A DNA stretch of 64,000 nucleotides from Actinomycetales bacterium (GTDB lineage Bacteria; Actinomycetota; Actinomycetes; S36-B12; UBA5976): assembly GCA_018969715.1 (NCBI GenBank), contig JAGWXT010000007.1, positions 11,044 to 75,043 of the forward strand. The letters are read 5' to 3'. Below the pieces are notes generated by a model, which saw only the letters and a list, made by a program, of their open reading frames with translations, was not told where the DNA came from and did not search any database. Each line of letters starts with the position of its first letter. Position 1 is the first letter of the stretch. This document shows, piece after piece, positions 1-8,603 of this stretch. The position numbers and the translations under genes are program-made.

Positions 1-116
1 AGGGATTCCAGCGACTGGCCGTATGGTTCGCCGAGCGGCCGGCGACCTGAGGTCGCGGATATCGGCGAGGTGCGCGGTCGGGGCAGTCTTGGCCGCATCG
101 GATCAGCGGAGGGTGC

Positions 117-1049
117 ATGAGGATCGCCGTGGTCGGCAGTTACGGGGTCGGGTTGACGATGCGGCTGCCTCGGCTGCCGGCGGCTGGGGAGACACTCACT
201 GGTGGGGAGTTCGCCACCGGCCACGGTGGCAAGGGCTCCAATCAGGCGGTGGCCGCTGCGCGGCTGGGGGCAGAGGTGAGCCTTCACAGCGCCGTCGGCC
301 CCGACGCCTTCGGACAGGATGCGCGGGCGCTGTGGCGCGCCGAGGGGGTGGACGATCGACATGTCGTCACCGGCCACTCCCCGACGATGGTCGGGGTGAT
401 CCTCGTGGAGCCCTCCGGGGAGAACCGGATCGTCATCGCCCCCGGCGCCCTTGATGAGCTCACCGCGGAGGGCGTGGCGGCGTTCCGTCCGGCGATCGCG
501 GACGCCGATCTGCTCGTGGTCGGCCTGGAGATCCCGCTGGCGGTGGCCCTCGCGGCCCTGCAGATCGCCCGCACGGAGGGCACGCCCACCCTGCTGAACC
601 CGGCCCCCGCGCAGCCGCTGCCGGTTGCGGCGTGGCCGCTGATCGACACCCTCACCCCCAACCAGACCGAGGCGGTGATCCTCACCGGGGGTGACCCCGC
701 ACAGGCGGAGCGCTCTCCCGGGCAGATCGTCGACCACCTGCGTGGGGTCGGACGGTTCACCGGCGACATCGTCCTCACCCGCGGGGGCGCGGGGGCCGTC
801 ATCGACTCCCCGCGGACGGGCCGCCATGAGGTGGGCGCGATCCCCGTGGCCCGGGTGGTCGACACCACGGGGGCAGGGGATGCGTTCACCGCCGCACTTG
901 CGGTGGGGATCGCGGCGGGCGATCCGCTGCCGGCGGCGGCTGCCTTCGCGGCAGCCGCCGGCGCATTCGCTGTCACCCGGGCGGAGGTACTGCCCGGTCT
1001 GCCCACGCGGGCCGAGGTCGAGCGCGTCATTGCCGCGGGTGCGGCATGA
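117..1049 (+). CDS. rbsK: PfkB-family carbohydrate kinase, ribokinase-like
   Basis: 310-aa ORF. It has the N-terminal VVGS...GGKGSNQAVAAARLG motif and the C-terminal DTTGAGDAF motif typical of ribokinase/PfkB kinases. GGAGGG lies just upstream of the ATG, and the gene overlaps the next gene by 4 nt. Confidence 0.8.
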   Translation: MRIAVVGSYGVGLTMRLPRLPAAGETLTGGEFATGHGGKGSNQAVAAARLGAEVSLHSAVGPDAFGQDARALWRAEGVDDRHVVTGHSPTMVGVILVEPSGENRIVIAPGALDELTAEGVAAFRPAIADADLLVVGLEIPLAVALAALQIARTEGTPTLLNPAPAQPLPVAAWPLIDTLTPNQTEAVILTGGDPAQAERSPGQIVDHLRGVGRFTGDIVLTRGGAGAVIDSPRTGRHEVGAIPVARVVDTTGAGDAFTAALAVGIAAGDPLPAAAAFAAAAGAFAVTRAEVLPGLPTRAEVERVIAAGAA

Positions 1050-1771
1050 GCGGCAACGGGCACGGGGCTGGCGGGGTCGTCGGTGGACCCTCCGGGGAAC
1101 TCCCCGCCCGGGCGCTCGCCCCGTTCATCCAGCACACGCTCATCAGTGCCGGTGTTACCCGGGAGGAGATACTCACCCACGCCCGAGAGACCGCGGCGTA
1201 TGGCTTCGCCGCGGCGATGGTTCCGGCGTCCTGGTGTGCGGTTGTCGTCGCGGAGTTGGCCGGGACCGGTATCCCCGTTGCCTCCGCCCTGGACTTCCCC
1301 ACCGTGGGGGTGATGACCAGTCGGGGCAAGGCTGCCGAGGCGGCCGAGATCGCACGGCTCGGAGCGGCTGAGATCGATATCGGCGTGCAGGTCGGTTGGT
1401 TGCGCAGCGGACTGCACCGGGAGTTCCGGGATGACATCGCAGGGGTGGTGGCGGCCGCCGGGATCCCGATCAAGGTCATGCTCGAACTGCCGTTGCTGAC
1501 CCCGGCCGAGCGGGACCTCGCCGTCGAACTCGCATGCGAGGCGGGGGCAGCATGGCTGAAGAACGCCAGCAGCCAGCGCGTTGGTGTTGCGGACCCCGCG
1601 AGTGTCGCCTACCTCGTGGCGCGGGCGGCCGGCCGGGCCCGCGTGAAAGCCTCCGGCGGCATCGCCACGGCCGATCAGGCGCGCGCCCTGTTGGCCGCAG
1701 GCGCCGAACTGCTCGGCACCAGCGCCGGGATCGCCATCGTCACCGACACCGCGGGCGCGGCCGCGTACTGA
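1046..1771 (+). CDS. deoC: DeoC/LacD-family aldolase (deoxyribose-phosphate aldolase-like)
   Basis: 241-aa ORF with the DeoC-like layout: HTL...T.EEI near the N-terminus, EIDIGV, KVMLE, a Schiff-base-type Lys in WLKNASS, and KASGGI near the C-terminus. It is more divergent than canonical DeoC. Confidence 0.7.
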   Translation: MSGNGHGAGGVVGGPSGELPARALAPFIQHTLISAGVTREEILTHARETAAYGFAAAMVPASWCAVVVAELAGTGIPVASALDFPTVGVMTSRGKAAEAAEIARLGAAEIDIGVQVGWLRSGLHREFRDDIAGVVAAAGIPIKVMLELPLLTPAERDLAVELACEAGAAWLKNASSQRVGVADPASVAYLVARAAGRARVKASGGIATADQARALLAAGAELLGTSAGIAIVTDTAGAAAY

Positions 1772-1812
1772 CCTCCGCGCGGTCACCACCCACGCCGGTG
1801 GCCGCCTGGCGG

Positions 1813-2880
1813 TCAGCCCTCGCTGGTGGACCGGGGAGCGCCCTCGCTGGTGGCTGGCGGGGTGGGCGCCGCCGGCGCCGCGTCCTCGTGGCCACCGCTC
1901 ACCCGTCCCGCATGCGCCCGGGCTGACGGATCACGACGCACCTTGATGGCACTGGCGATGACCGCGATCAGCAGGATCCCCGCGATCACGAGCAGGCTGA
2001 TGGAGGTGGGGACCTTCGGCACCCAGTCGATGTACTCGTGGACGAACACCAGGATCAACTTGACCCCGATGAAGATGAGGATGACCGCCAGGGCAAGGGA
2101 CAGGTAGACGAGACGGTCAAGCAGGCCCTTGATGAGGAAGTACAGGGCGCGCAGCCCCAGCAGGGCGAAGGCGTTGACCGAGAAGACGAGGAATGCCTGC
2201 TGGGTGACCCCGAAGGTTGCCGGGATCGAGTCGAGGGCGAACAGCAGGTCGGTGGTGCCGATGGCGATCATCACCATGAACATCGGGGTGGCCAGGCGGC
2301 GGCCATCGCGCCGGATGAACCACCGGGTGCCGTCGTACTCGTCGGTGAGCGGCACGAAGCGGCGTACCTGACGGACCATGATGTTGTCCTTCGGATCGGG
2401 GTCCTCATCCCAATGGCGGAACAGGCCGATCCCGGTCCAGATGAGCAGGGCACCGAACAGTACGAAGGTGAACGAGAACAGGGCGAGGGCGGCGGCTCCG
2501 ACGGCGATGAACACCGCCCGCATCAGCAGGGCGAGGATCACCCCGAACAACAGGATCCGCTGGTGGTAGGCGCTGGGCACTGCGAACTGGGTGAGGATGA
2601 TGGCGAAGACGAAGACGTTGTCAACCGACAGGGACTTCTCCACGAGGTAGGCGGTGAAGTACTCGGTTCCGAACTGCGAGCCGTAGGTCAGCCACACCCA
2701 GACCCCGAACACCAATGCGACGCCGATGTAGAACACGGACCAGCCAGCCGCCTCGCGGAAGCTCACCTCATGGGGCTTGCTGCTGAGCGTGAAGAGATCC
2801 AGCACGATCAGCGCGAGGATGATCCCGACAACGACCAGCCATGCGGTCAGTGGCACGTCCACACCCGATCCCTTCGTCAA
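1813..2880 (-). CDS. TerC-family integral membrane protein
   Basis: 355-aa polytopic ORF with the TerC-like conserved stretches EKSLSVDNVFVF and LFALDSIPA. The start is uncertain: TTG at 2880 or GTG at 2862. Confidence 0.85.
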   Translation of the reverse strand: MTKGSGVDVPLTAWLVVVGIILALIVLDLFTLSSKPHEVSFREAAGWSVFYIGVALVFGVWVWLTYGSQFGTEYFTAYLVEKSLSVDNVFVFAIILTQFAVPSAYHQRILLFGVILALLMRAVFIAVGAAALALFSFTFVLFGALLIWTGIGLFRHWDEDPDPKDNIMVRQVRRFVPLTDEYDGTRWFIRRDGRRLATPMFMVMIAIGTTDLLFALDSIPATFGVTQQAFLVFSVNAFALLGLRALYFLIKGLLDRLVYLSLALAVILIFIGVKLILVFVHEYIDWVPKVPTSISLLVIAGILLIAVIASAIKVRRDPSARAHAGRVSGGHEDAAPAAPTPPATSEGAPRSTSEG

Positions 2881-2969
2881 TGGTCGGCCGGTTACGCGCC
2901 GTCAGTGAACGTTACCCGAGCGGGGCGGTTCCCACCCACCTCGACGCGGCGATGGGACACCTGTGGGGG

Positions 2970-3722
2970 TTAGCCAAACAGGCTGCCCACAAGGACGGTG
3001 GCGACCGCCACGACGACGCCGGCGAACAGTCGGCGCAGCGTCCGGGCCGGCAGGCGCTGGGCCAGCGGTGCGGTCGCCAGTGCTGTGGTGATGGCGGCAA
3101 TTCCCACCACCACGACGATCGGCCACGGGACCTCCGGCCACGTGGGGTACCGCGCCACCAGGGCGATCAGCCCGCCGGCGGCGATGGCGACCAGTGAAGT
3201 GCCCGCGGCGATGTGCGGCCGCACACCGAGGATGAGCACAAGGGCTGGCACGATCAGGAATCCGCCCCCGATGCCGAGCAGTCCGGTGAGCAGACCGACA
3301 CCCGAGGCGGTGGCGAATACGAGCAACCGTCCGGGGCGCGCCATTCGCTCGTCGTCCGGCCTCTCCCGCCACATCAGCCAGGCAGCGGAGTACATCAGCG
3401 CTGCGAACAACCCGATGGTGACCGGCTCCGGAATTGCCCCTGCCACGAGGGAGCCAGCCACCGTGCCGCCCGCGCCGATCGCCGCAAAGGTCAGGCCGAG
3501 CCGCGCGTTCACGGTGCCACTGCGCAGCCGCGGCGCGACGCCGGCGATGGCGGCAGCGACGACGATCACCAGCGATGAGGTCGTCGCCGCAAGGTGCGGC
3601 ACGCCAAGAACCAGGATCAGGCCAGGGGCGGCGAGGATTGCCCCGCCGGCGCCGACGGTGCCCAGAACAAGGCCGATCGCTGCCCCCAGGGCCAGCCCCT
3701 CCGCGAGCAGCAGCGGGCTCAT
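2970..3722 (-). CDS. TauE/SafE-family sulfite/organosulfur exporter
   Basis: 250-aa, Gly/Ala-rich protein with about 8 TM segments and the internal two-fold repeat typical of TauE/SafE. It is the last gene of a sulfur-handling operon. Confidence 0.75.
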   Translation of the reverse strand: MSPLLLAEGLALGAAIGLVLGTVGAGGAILAAPGLILVLGVPHLAATTSSLVIVVAAAIAGVAPRLRSGTVNARLGLTFAAIGAGGTVAGSLVAGAIPEPVTIGLFAALMYSAAWLMWRERPDDERMARPGRLLVFATASGVGLLTGLLGIGGGFLIVPALVLILGVRPHIAAGTSLVAIAAGGLIALVARYPTWPEVPWPIVVVVGIAAITTALATAPLAQRLPARTLRRLFAGVVVAVATVLVGSLFG

Positions 3723-3737
3723 CGGGTGGGGTGCCGG

Positions 3738-4067
3738 TCAGGCAACCCGGGGCGGACCGCTGTCGGCGATCATTGGCAGGCCGGCGGCCTGCCACGCCTG
3801 CATGCCGCCGGTCATGTTCGCGATGTCGCTGCGCACCCCGATGAGGGCCGCCGTCACCTGACCGGAGCGCCCACCGGAGCGGCAAAGGAACACCAACGGA
3901 CGATCGGTTGGCAGCTCATCGACATTGAAGGCGCTCAGCGGCATCTGCAGTGCCGCCGCCGACCGCCCGGCGGCGCACTCCGCTGGCTCACGCACATCGA
4001 TGCCCCACACCTCCCCGCTGAGCATGCGGGCATGGGCGTCGGCGGGACTGATCTCGGGAAGGGTCAT
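3738..4067 (-). CDS. single-domain rhodanese sulfurtransferase
   Basis: 109 aa with the active-site loop LVFLCRSGGRSGQ (Cys-X4-Arg). It overlaps the upstream MBL gene by 4 nt. Confidence 0.85.
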   Translation of the reverse strand: MTLPEISPADAHARMLSGEVWGIDVREPAECAAGRSAAALQMPLSAFNVDELPTDRPLVFLCRSGGRSGQVTAALIGVRSDIANMTGGMQAWQAAGLPMIADSGPPRVA

Positions 4068-5485
4068 GACCCTGATCCTGCCGCGAGCGCACCCAGATCC
4101 GAGGCAGCCACCGGGCCCGCGTCACCGGCGCCGACGGTCACACTCAAGCCAGCCACGTCGAGGCACTCCTCATACGCCTCATCGACCAGCACTGTCGTCA
4201 GGCCCGCCCGCTCCAGCAGGCCACAGGCCGCCGCCGCCCGGTAGGCACTCGCACAGTGGACCCACACCGTTGCGGCGGCCGGCAGCTCCCCGGCCCGCTG
4301 GGGTAGTTCATGGAAGGGGATGTGGTGGCTGCCCACGATATGGCTGGCGCGTCGCTCACCCTCCCGGCGTACGTCCAGCACGACCGCCGATGGGTCGGCG
4401 AGGGCTGCCACGACATCGGCGAACGTGGCCCGGGGCGTGCTCGCCGTCGCATCAGCCAGCGGGCCGGTGAGGGCGCCGGCCGGCCGGTCGATACCGATGC
4501 GAACAAGTTCCCGCTGCGCGGCGGTGATCTGGTCGGCGTGGGCGCCGATCAGGACCATTCGCTCCTCATAGGGGAACACCCACCCCAGGTAGGTAGCGAA
4601 TGCCCCGTCCAGGCCAAAGGACACCGAGCGGGGAATGTGCCCGGCCGCCCACAGGTCGCGGGGGCGAACGTCGATGACCCAGTCCCCGCGCGCCAGTGCT
4701 GCCCGAAGCTCCTCGACGGTGAGCGTCGTCAGTGCGGACAGGTCGGCCGGTGGTGGGCCCGCGAGGTTGGCCGGGCCCATGTAGCGGTAGTACCGGGGGA
4801 ACGCGTCAAGCCCAGCCAGGGTGGCGGAGATGAACTCCTCCGGTGTGGTGAGCAGGGCCGGGTTGACACGCCGCTCATCAGCGATGGTCGACTGGTCGCC
4901 ACTGGTGGCAGTGGCAGCGCAGAAGGAACCGAAGCCGTGGGTTGGGTAGATCGGGGTGTCATCAGGCAGGTCGGCCACGAGTGCGCGAGCAGATGCGTAC
5001 TGCAGCCCGGCGAGGGTGGCGGAATGCGCGGGCCCAAGCAAGTCGGGTCGACCGGTTGAGCCGTGCAATAGCGACCCGCCGGTGAAGACCCCCCGTGGTT
5101 CCGGAGCGGACCCGGCTGCGAGCAGGACATACGACAGGTGGGTGAACGTATGGCCGGGAGTGTGCCGGGCTCGCAGTGCGAAGGAGCCGACCGCAATCTC
5201 CTCGCCATCGTGCACCGGCAGCCGCGCAAACGCAACCGGGTCATCGGCGCTCACGAGGTATTCCGCACCATGGGCCTGCGCCAGCGCAAGTCCCCCGCTG
5301 ATGTAGTCGTTGTGCATGTGCGTCTCTGCGACGGCGCCGATGCGCAGCCCAAGACGGGTGACCAACTCGGTCACTCGATCGACGTCACGCTGCGGATCGA
5401 TGACCGCTGCCGTGGTGCCGTCGTGGACGATGTACGAGCGATCGCCCAGCGAGGGTGTGTCGAGGGGGATGACGTTGAGCGTCAC
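4064..5485 (-). CDS. MBL-fold persulfide dioxygenase fused to two rhodanese-like domains (CstB-like)
   Basis: The ORF track extends to 5596, but the conserved MBL fold begins at VTLNVIPLD, so I chose GTG at 5485. It has the metal motif THMHNDYISG and a C-terminal rhodanese module with an active-site Cys in VHCASAYR. Confidence 0.8.
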   Translation of the reverse strand: MTLNVIPLDTPSLGDRSYIVHDGTTAAVIDPQRDVDRVTELVTRLGLRIGAVAETHMHNDYISGGLALAQAHGAEYLVSADDPVAFARLPVHDGEEIAVGSFALRARHTPGHTFTHLSYVLLAAGSAPEPRGVFTGGSLLHGSTGRPDLLGPAHSATLAGLQYASARALVADLPDDTPIYPTHGFGSFCAATATSGDQSTIADERRVNPALLTTPEEFISATLAGLDAFPRYYRYMGPANLAGPPPADLSALTTLTVEELRAALARGDWVIDVRPRDLWAAGHIPRSVSFGLDGAFATYLGWVFPYEERMVLIGAHADQITAAQRELVRIGIDRPAGALTGPLADATASTPRATFADVVAALADPSAVVLDVRREGERRASHIVGSHHIPFHELPQRAGELPAAATVWVHCASAYRAAAACGLLERAGLTTVLVDEAYEECLDVAGLSVTVGAGDAGPVAASDLGALAAGSGS

Positions 5486-5528
5486 ATCGCAACTCCTATC
5501 GGGTGGCTGCAGAGAGGTGATCGAAATG

Positions 5529-5544
5529 ATACCCCATGGGGTAT
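5529..5544. promoter_or_regulatory. perfect 16-bp palindrome ATACCCCATGGGGTAT, candidate CsoR/CstR operator
   Basis: It lies in the 76-bp divergent intergenic region between the MBL-rhodanese operon and the CsoR-family gene. The AT-flanked, GC-core dyad is the architecture of known CsoR-family operators. A TAGAAT -10-like hexamer follows at 5550-5555. Confidence 0.6.
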
Positions 5545-5561
5545 GCCGATAGAATGGGCCC

Positions 5562-5858
5562 ATGTCGCCCTCACGCACCATCCGTGCCCAACGCACCCTT
5601 GCCGACCCCGAGCAGTTGGCCGCAGTCGTCGCTCGACTGCGTCGCGCCCAGGGTCAGGTGGGTGCGGTGATTCGCATGCTCGAGGAGGGGCGCCCATGTG
5701 ATGAGGTCGTCCACCAGATCGCGGCTGCGAGCAAGGCCATCGACACCGCGGCCGTCACCTACCTCGTCGCGAGCCTGCGGGAGTGCATGGCAGAGGGAGG
5801 GGCGGACTCCCCGGAGGCCACCGCCCAGTTGCAGCGGTTGTTCCTCGTCCTCACCTGA
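5562..5858 (+). CDS. CsoR/RcnR-family repressor, CstR-like (persulfide-sensing type)
   Basis: 98 aa with the CsoR-family helix pattern. Cys46 and Cys75 are 29 residues apart, as in CsoR, but the position 4 residues before the second Cys is Ser71, not the Cu-ligand His. Confidence 0.8.
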   Translation: MSPSRTIRAQRTLADPEQLAAVVARLRRAQGQVGAVIRMLEEGRPCDEVVHQIAAASKAIDTAAVTYLVASLRECMAEGGADSPEATAQLQRLFLVLT

Positions 5859-5973
5859 CCCCCACTATCGGCCTCGGGTGAGCCCCGTCGCGGGTGCTCG
5901 TGCGGGTTCCCCAGGGCCGGGGAAGGATCACGTGTAGTAGCGTCCATGTGATGCCGGCGAACGGGAGGCGTCC

Positions 5974-6963
5974 ATGACCGTTCAGTTCCCGACCCCGACC
6001 CCCACCCTGCAGACCAAGATGCGAAGCCGTGTACGCAATCTGCTCACGCACTCGGCCGCTGTCGCTCACCGCCTTGGCCTGCGCCGGCGCCCGAACCGGC
6101 TCACGCACCTCAGCATCGACGACATGCCGCCGTCGCTGTTCGCCGCACCCGGGCGGCCCACCATCAGCGTGTGCGTGCTCACCCGCAACTGCGCCGGGAC
6201 CGTCACGGCGACCCTCACCGTGCTGGCCGAGTTGCGCGCGGCCGGCCTCATCGACGATGTGGTCGTCATCGACGCCGACAGCCCCGATGGCACCGCGCGG
6301 ATCGCTGCGGGCCACGGTGCGCGGATCGTCTCCGAGAGCAGCCTGCTGCCTGAGTTCGGTCCGGTTCTGGGCAAGGGGGATGCCATGTGGCGGGCGCAGG
6401 CGGTGCTCACCGGGGAGATCGTCGTCTTCCAGGACGGTGACCTCGCCGACTACGCCGCCCGACACGTACTCGGGGTGGCCGGAGCGCTGCTTCGGTACCC
6501 GTGGCTGCGTTTCGCCAAGGGCACCTACCGGCGCCATCTGCGCACCGATACCGACACCATCCGTGATGGCGGCGGCCGGGTCTCCCGCCTCATGGCCAGG
6601 CCCCTGCTCAAGGCGCTCTATCCGGATCTGCACGCCTTCTCCCAGCCCCTCAGCGGGGAGGTGGCCATCACCAGGGAGCTGCTGGGGGCCTTGCCGATGG
6701 TGACCGGCTACGGCGTGGAGACCGGCATGCTCATCGACGTCTATCGACGTGTCGGACTCGGGGCGATGGCCGAGATCGACCTGCGGGAGCGGGCGAACAA
6801 CCACCAGAGCCTGACCGCGCTGGAGGGGATGGCCGAGGTTGTTGCGCAGACGGTGCTGTCCCGGGCGGCGGCCGAGGGCCGTATCGCGGGGTCCGTCCCC
6901 GCCCCGACGGAAAGGCCGCCATTCGCGACGGTGGGGGTGCGGCAGCACAGCTTGATCGCATGA
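5974..6963 (+). CDS. gpgS: glucosyl-3-phosphoglycerate synthase (GT81 family)
   Basis: Blocks GKGDAMWRA, GGGRVSRLMARPLLKAL, QPLSGEVAITRELL and GYGVETGMLID match the mycobacterial GpgS (Rv1208) sequence as I recall it. Confidence 0.8.
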   Translation: MTVQFPTPTPTLQTKMRSRVRNLLTHSAAVAHRLGLRRRPNRLTHLSIDDMPPSLFAAPGRPTISVCVLTRNCAGTVTATLTVLAELRAAGLIDDVVVIDADSPDGTARIAAGHGARIVSESSLLPEFGPVLGKGDAMWRAQAVLTGEIVVFQDGDLADYAARHVLGVAGALLRYPWLRFAKGTYRRHLRTDTDTIRDGGGRVSRLMARPLLKALYPDLHAFSQPLSGEVAITRELLGALPMVTGYGVETGMLIDVYRRVGLGAMAEIDLRERANNHQSLTALEGMAEVVAQTVLSRAAAEGRIAGSVPAPTERPPFATVGVRQHSLIA

Positions 6964-8459
6964 CCACCGTGCTGGTCCACCTCGACCAGCTCACCCGCGA
7001 CCATGGCGCCCTCGCCGGGGTGGCCCCCGGGGAGGTGCGCGTGCTCATGGTGCGCAACCTCTCGATGCTGCGCTCCCGTCCATGGCACGTCCAGAAGCTG
7101 CACCTGCTGCTCACCGCCGCCGAGCACTTCGCAGCCGACCTGCGCGCTGAAGGCTTCGAGGTGGCACTGGTGGACGCTCCCACGCTGCAGGTGGCGCTGG
7201 CCGAGCACCGGCGGCGCCATGGTGCCGCTGAGCCGATCCGCAGCGCCCGACCCTCATCGCATGCTCAGGTGGCGCTGCTGGAACGCCTCGGTGTGGTGCA
7301 GGTCGATCACACGATGTTCCTCACCAGCGCAGCGGAGTTCACCGCATGGGCCGACGGCGTGCGCACCCTGCGGATGGAGCCGTTCTACCGACGCCAGCGG
7401 CTGCGCCTAGGGATCCTCGTCGAGGGCGGCCAGCCGGTGGGCGGCACGTGGAATCTGGACGCCGAGAACCGGCTGCCGCCGCCCCGCAGCCGGTACCAGT
7501 GGCCGACCGTCCTCACCGACCCGCTTGACGAGGTTGACGCGCGGGTCGCCGACTGGATCAGCCGCGCGGGCCTGACCACCTGGGGTGAGCCGCCGGACGG
7601 CACCTGGGCGAGGACGCGCACGGGTGCCCGGGCACGGCTGGCGCACTTCATTGCGGAGGTGTTGCCCGGATTCGGCCCGTATGAGGACGCGATGCCCGCA
7701 GATTCCTGGAGTGTGCACCATTCACTGCTCAGCCCCTACCTGAACCTCGGACTGCTCCACCCCCGCGAGGTGGTTGATGCCGCCCTGCAGCGTCATGCCG
7801 AGCAGCCGGTCCCCCTGTCCTCACTGGAGGGGTTCATCCGGCAGATCATCGGCTGGCGGGAATACGTCCATGGCGCGTACTGGTGGCTGGGGCCTGAGTA
7901 CCGGCACCGCAACGACCTCGGCGCCCGGGCGTCGCTGCCGCTGCTGTTCACCGATCCGTCACGAACCGACATGGCGTGTATGGCGAGCGTCATCGGCGAT
8001 GTGCGCGAGCGAGGCTGGGCCCACCACATCCCGCGGCTGATGCTGATGGCCAACCTCGCCCTCATCGCCGGGGTCGACCCAGCTGCCCTCCTGGGGTGGA
8101 TGCGCGCCGCATTCATCGACGCGTATGACTGGGTGATGGTCCCCAATGTCATCGGTATGGGTGTGCACGCCGACAGCGCGACGATGATGACCAAGCCCTA
8201 TGCCGCCGGTGGCGCCTACATCGACCGGATGGGACGCTGGTGTCGCGGCTGCCGATACAACCCTCGCCTGCGCTCCGGTGATGAGGCCTGCCCGTTCACC
8301 ACGCTGTACTGGGACTTCCTCGATCGCAATGCCGAGGCGCTCGCGGGCAACCATCGGATGACCCGCCAGGTGTCGGCACGGACCCGGCTTGCCGACCTGC
8401 CGGCGGTGCGCACCCGCGCACCGGCTGTCGTGGCGGGCCTTGTTGACGGTCGGGTGTGA
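6960..8459 (+). CDS. cryptochrome/photolyase-family protein, Fe-S bacterial (6-4) photolyase type (FeS-BCP, COG3046)
   Basis: 499 aa with the photolyase-related architecture. The Cys pattern is C...CxxC-x12-C (ACMAS ... CRGCRYNPRLRSGDEAC), which matches the 4Fe-4S ligand spacing of PhrB/CryB-type enzymes. Its start overlaps the gpgS stop (ATGA). Confidence 0.8.
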   Translation: MTTVLVHLDQLTRDHGALAGVAPGEVRVLMVRNLSMLRSRPWHVQKLHLLLTAAEHFAADLRAEGFEVALVDAPTLQVALAEHRRRHGAAEPIRSARPSSHAQVALLERLGVVQVDHTMFLTSAAEFTAWADGVRTLRMEPFYRRQRLRLGILVEGGQPVGGTWNLDAENRLPPPRSRYQWPTVLTDPLDEVDARVADWISRAGLTTWGEPPDGTWARTRTGARARLAHFIAEVLPGFGPYEDAMPADSWSVHHSLLSPYLNLGLLHPREVVDAALQRHAEQPVPLSSLEGFIRQIIGWREYVHGAYWWLGPEYRHRNDLGARASLPLLFTDPSRTDMACMASVIGDVRERGWAHHIPRLMLMANLALIAGVDPAALLGWMRAAFIDAYDWVMVPNVIGMGVHADSATMMTKPYAAGGAYIDRMGRWCRGCRYNPRLRSGDEACPFTTLYWDFLDRNAEALAGNHRMTRQVSARTRLADLPAVRTRAPAVVAGLVDGRV

Positions 8460-8540
8460 GGGGCCAACGTCGCGTGTGAGGGGTCAACGTCGGGTGTGAG
8501 GGGCCAAGGTCGGGTGTGAGGGGCCAAGGTCGGGTGCAGT
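8441..8540. repeat. tandem array, 5 units of exactly 20 bp (consensus GGGCCAASGTCGGGTGTGAG)
   Basis: Read directly from the sequence. Units start at 8441, 8461, 8481, 8501 and 8521. The first and last units are degenerate, and the first unit contains the photolyase stop codon. Confidence 0.9.
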
Positions 8541-8603
8541 AGCCTCACCCCACCCATCACACGGATCGTCCGGCACGTTCCTGCCGGTGAAGGGAGTGCC
8601 AGC

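Noticed and set aside
284-1789. 501-aa minus-strand ORF spanning the ribokinase and DeoC-like genes
   Set aside because: It is antisense to two ORFs with clear family motifs. The product is Arg/Gly/Pro-rich low-complexity sequence typical of shadow ORFs in 70% GC DNA.
2881-2969. Possible yybP-ykoY (Mn) riboswitch upstream of the TerC-family gene
   Set aside because: Reading the minus-strand leader, I could not find the conserved GGGGAGUAG-type core or the paired four-way junction elements. The region is only about 90 nt and lacks the motif.
8441-8540. Possible CRISPR array
   Set aside because: The repeats are directly adjacent with no spacers, are only 20 bp long, and there are no cas genes in the window.
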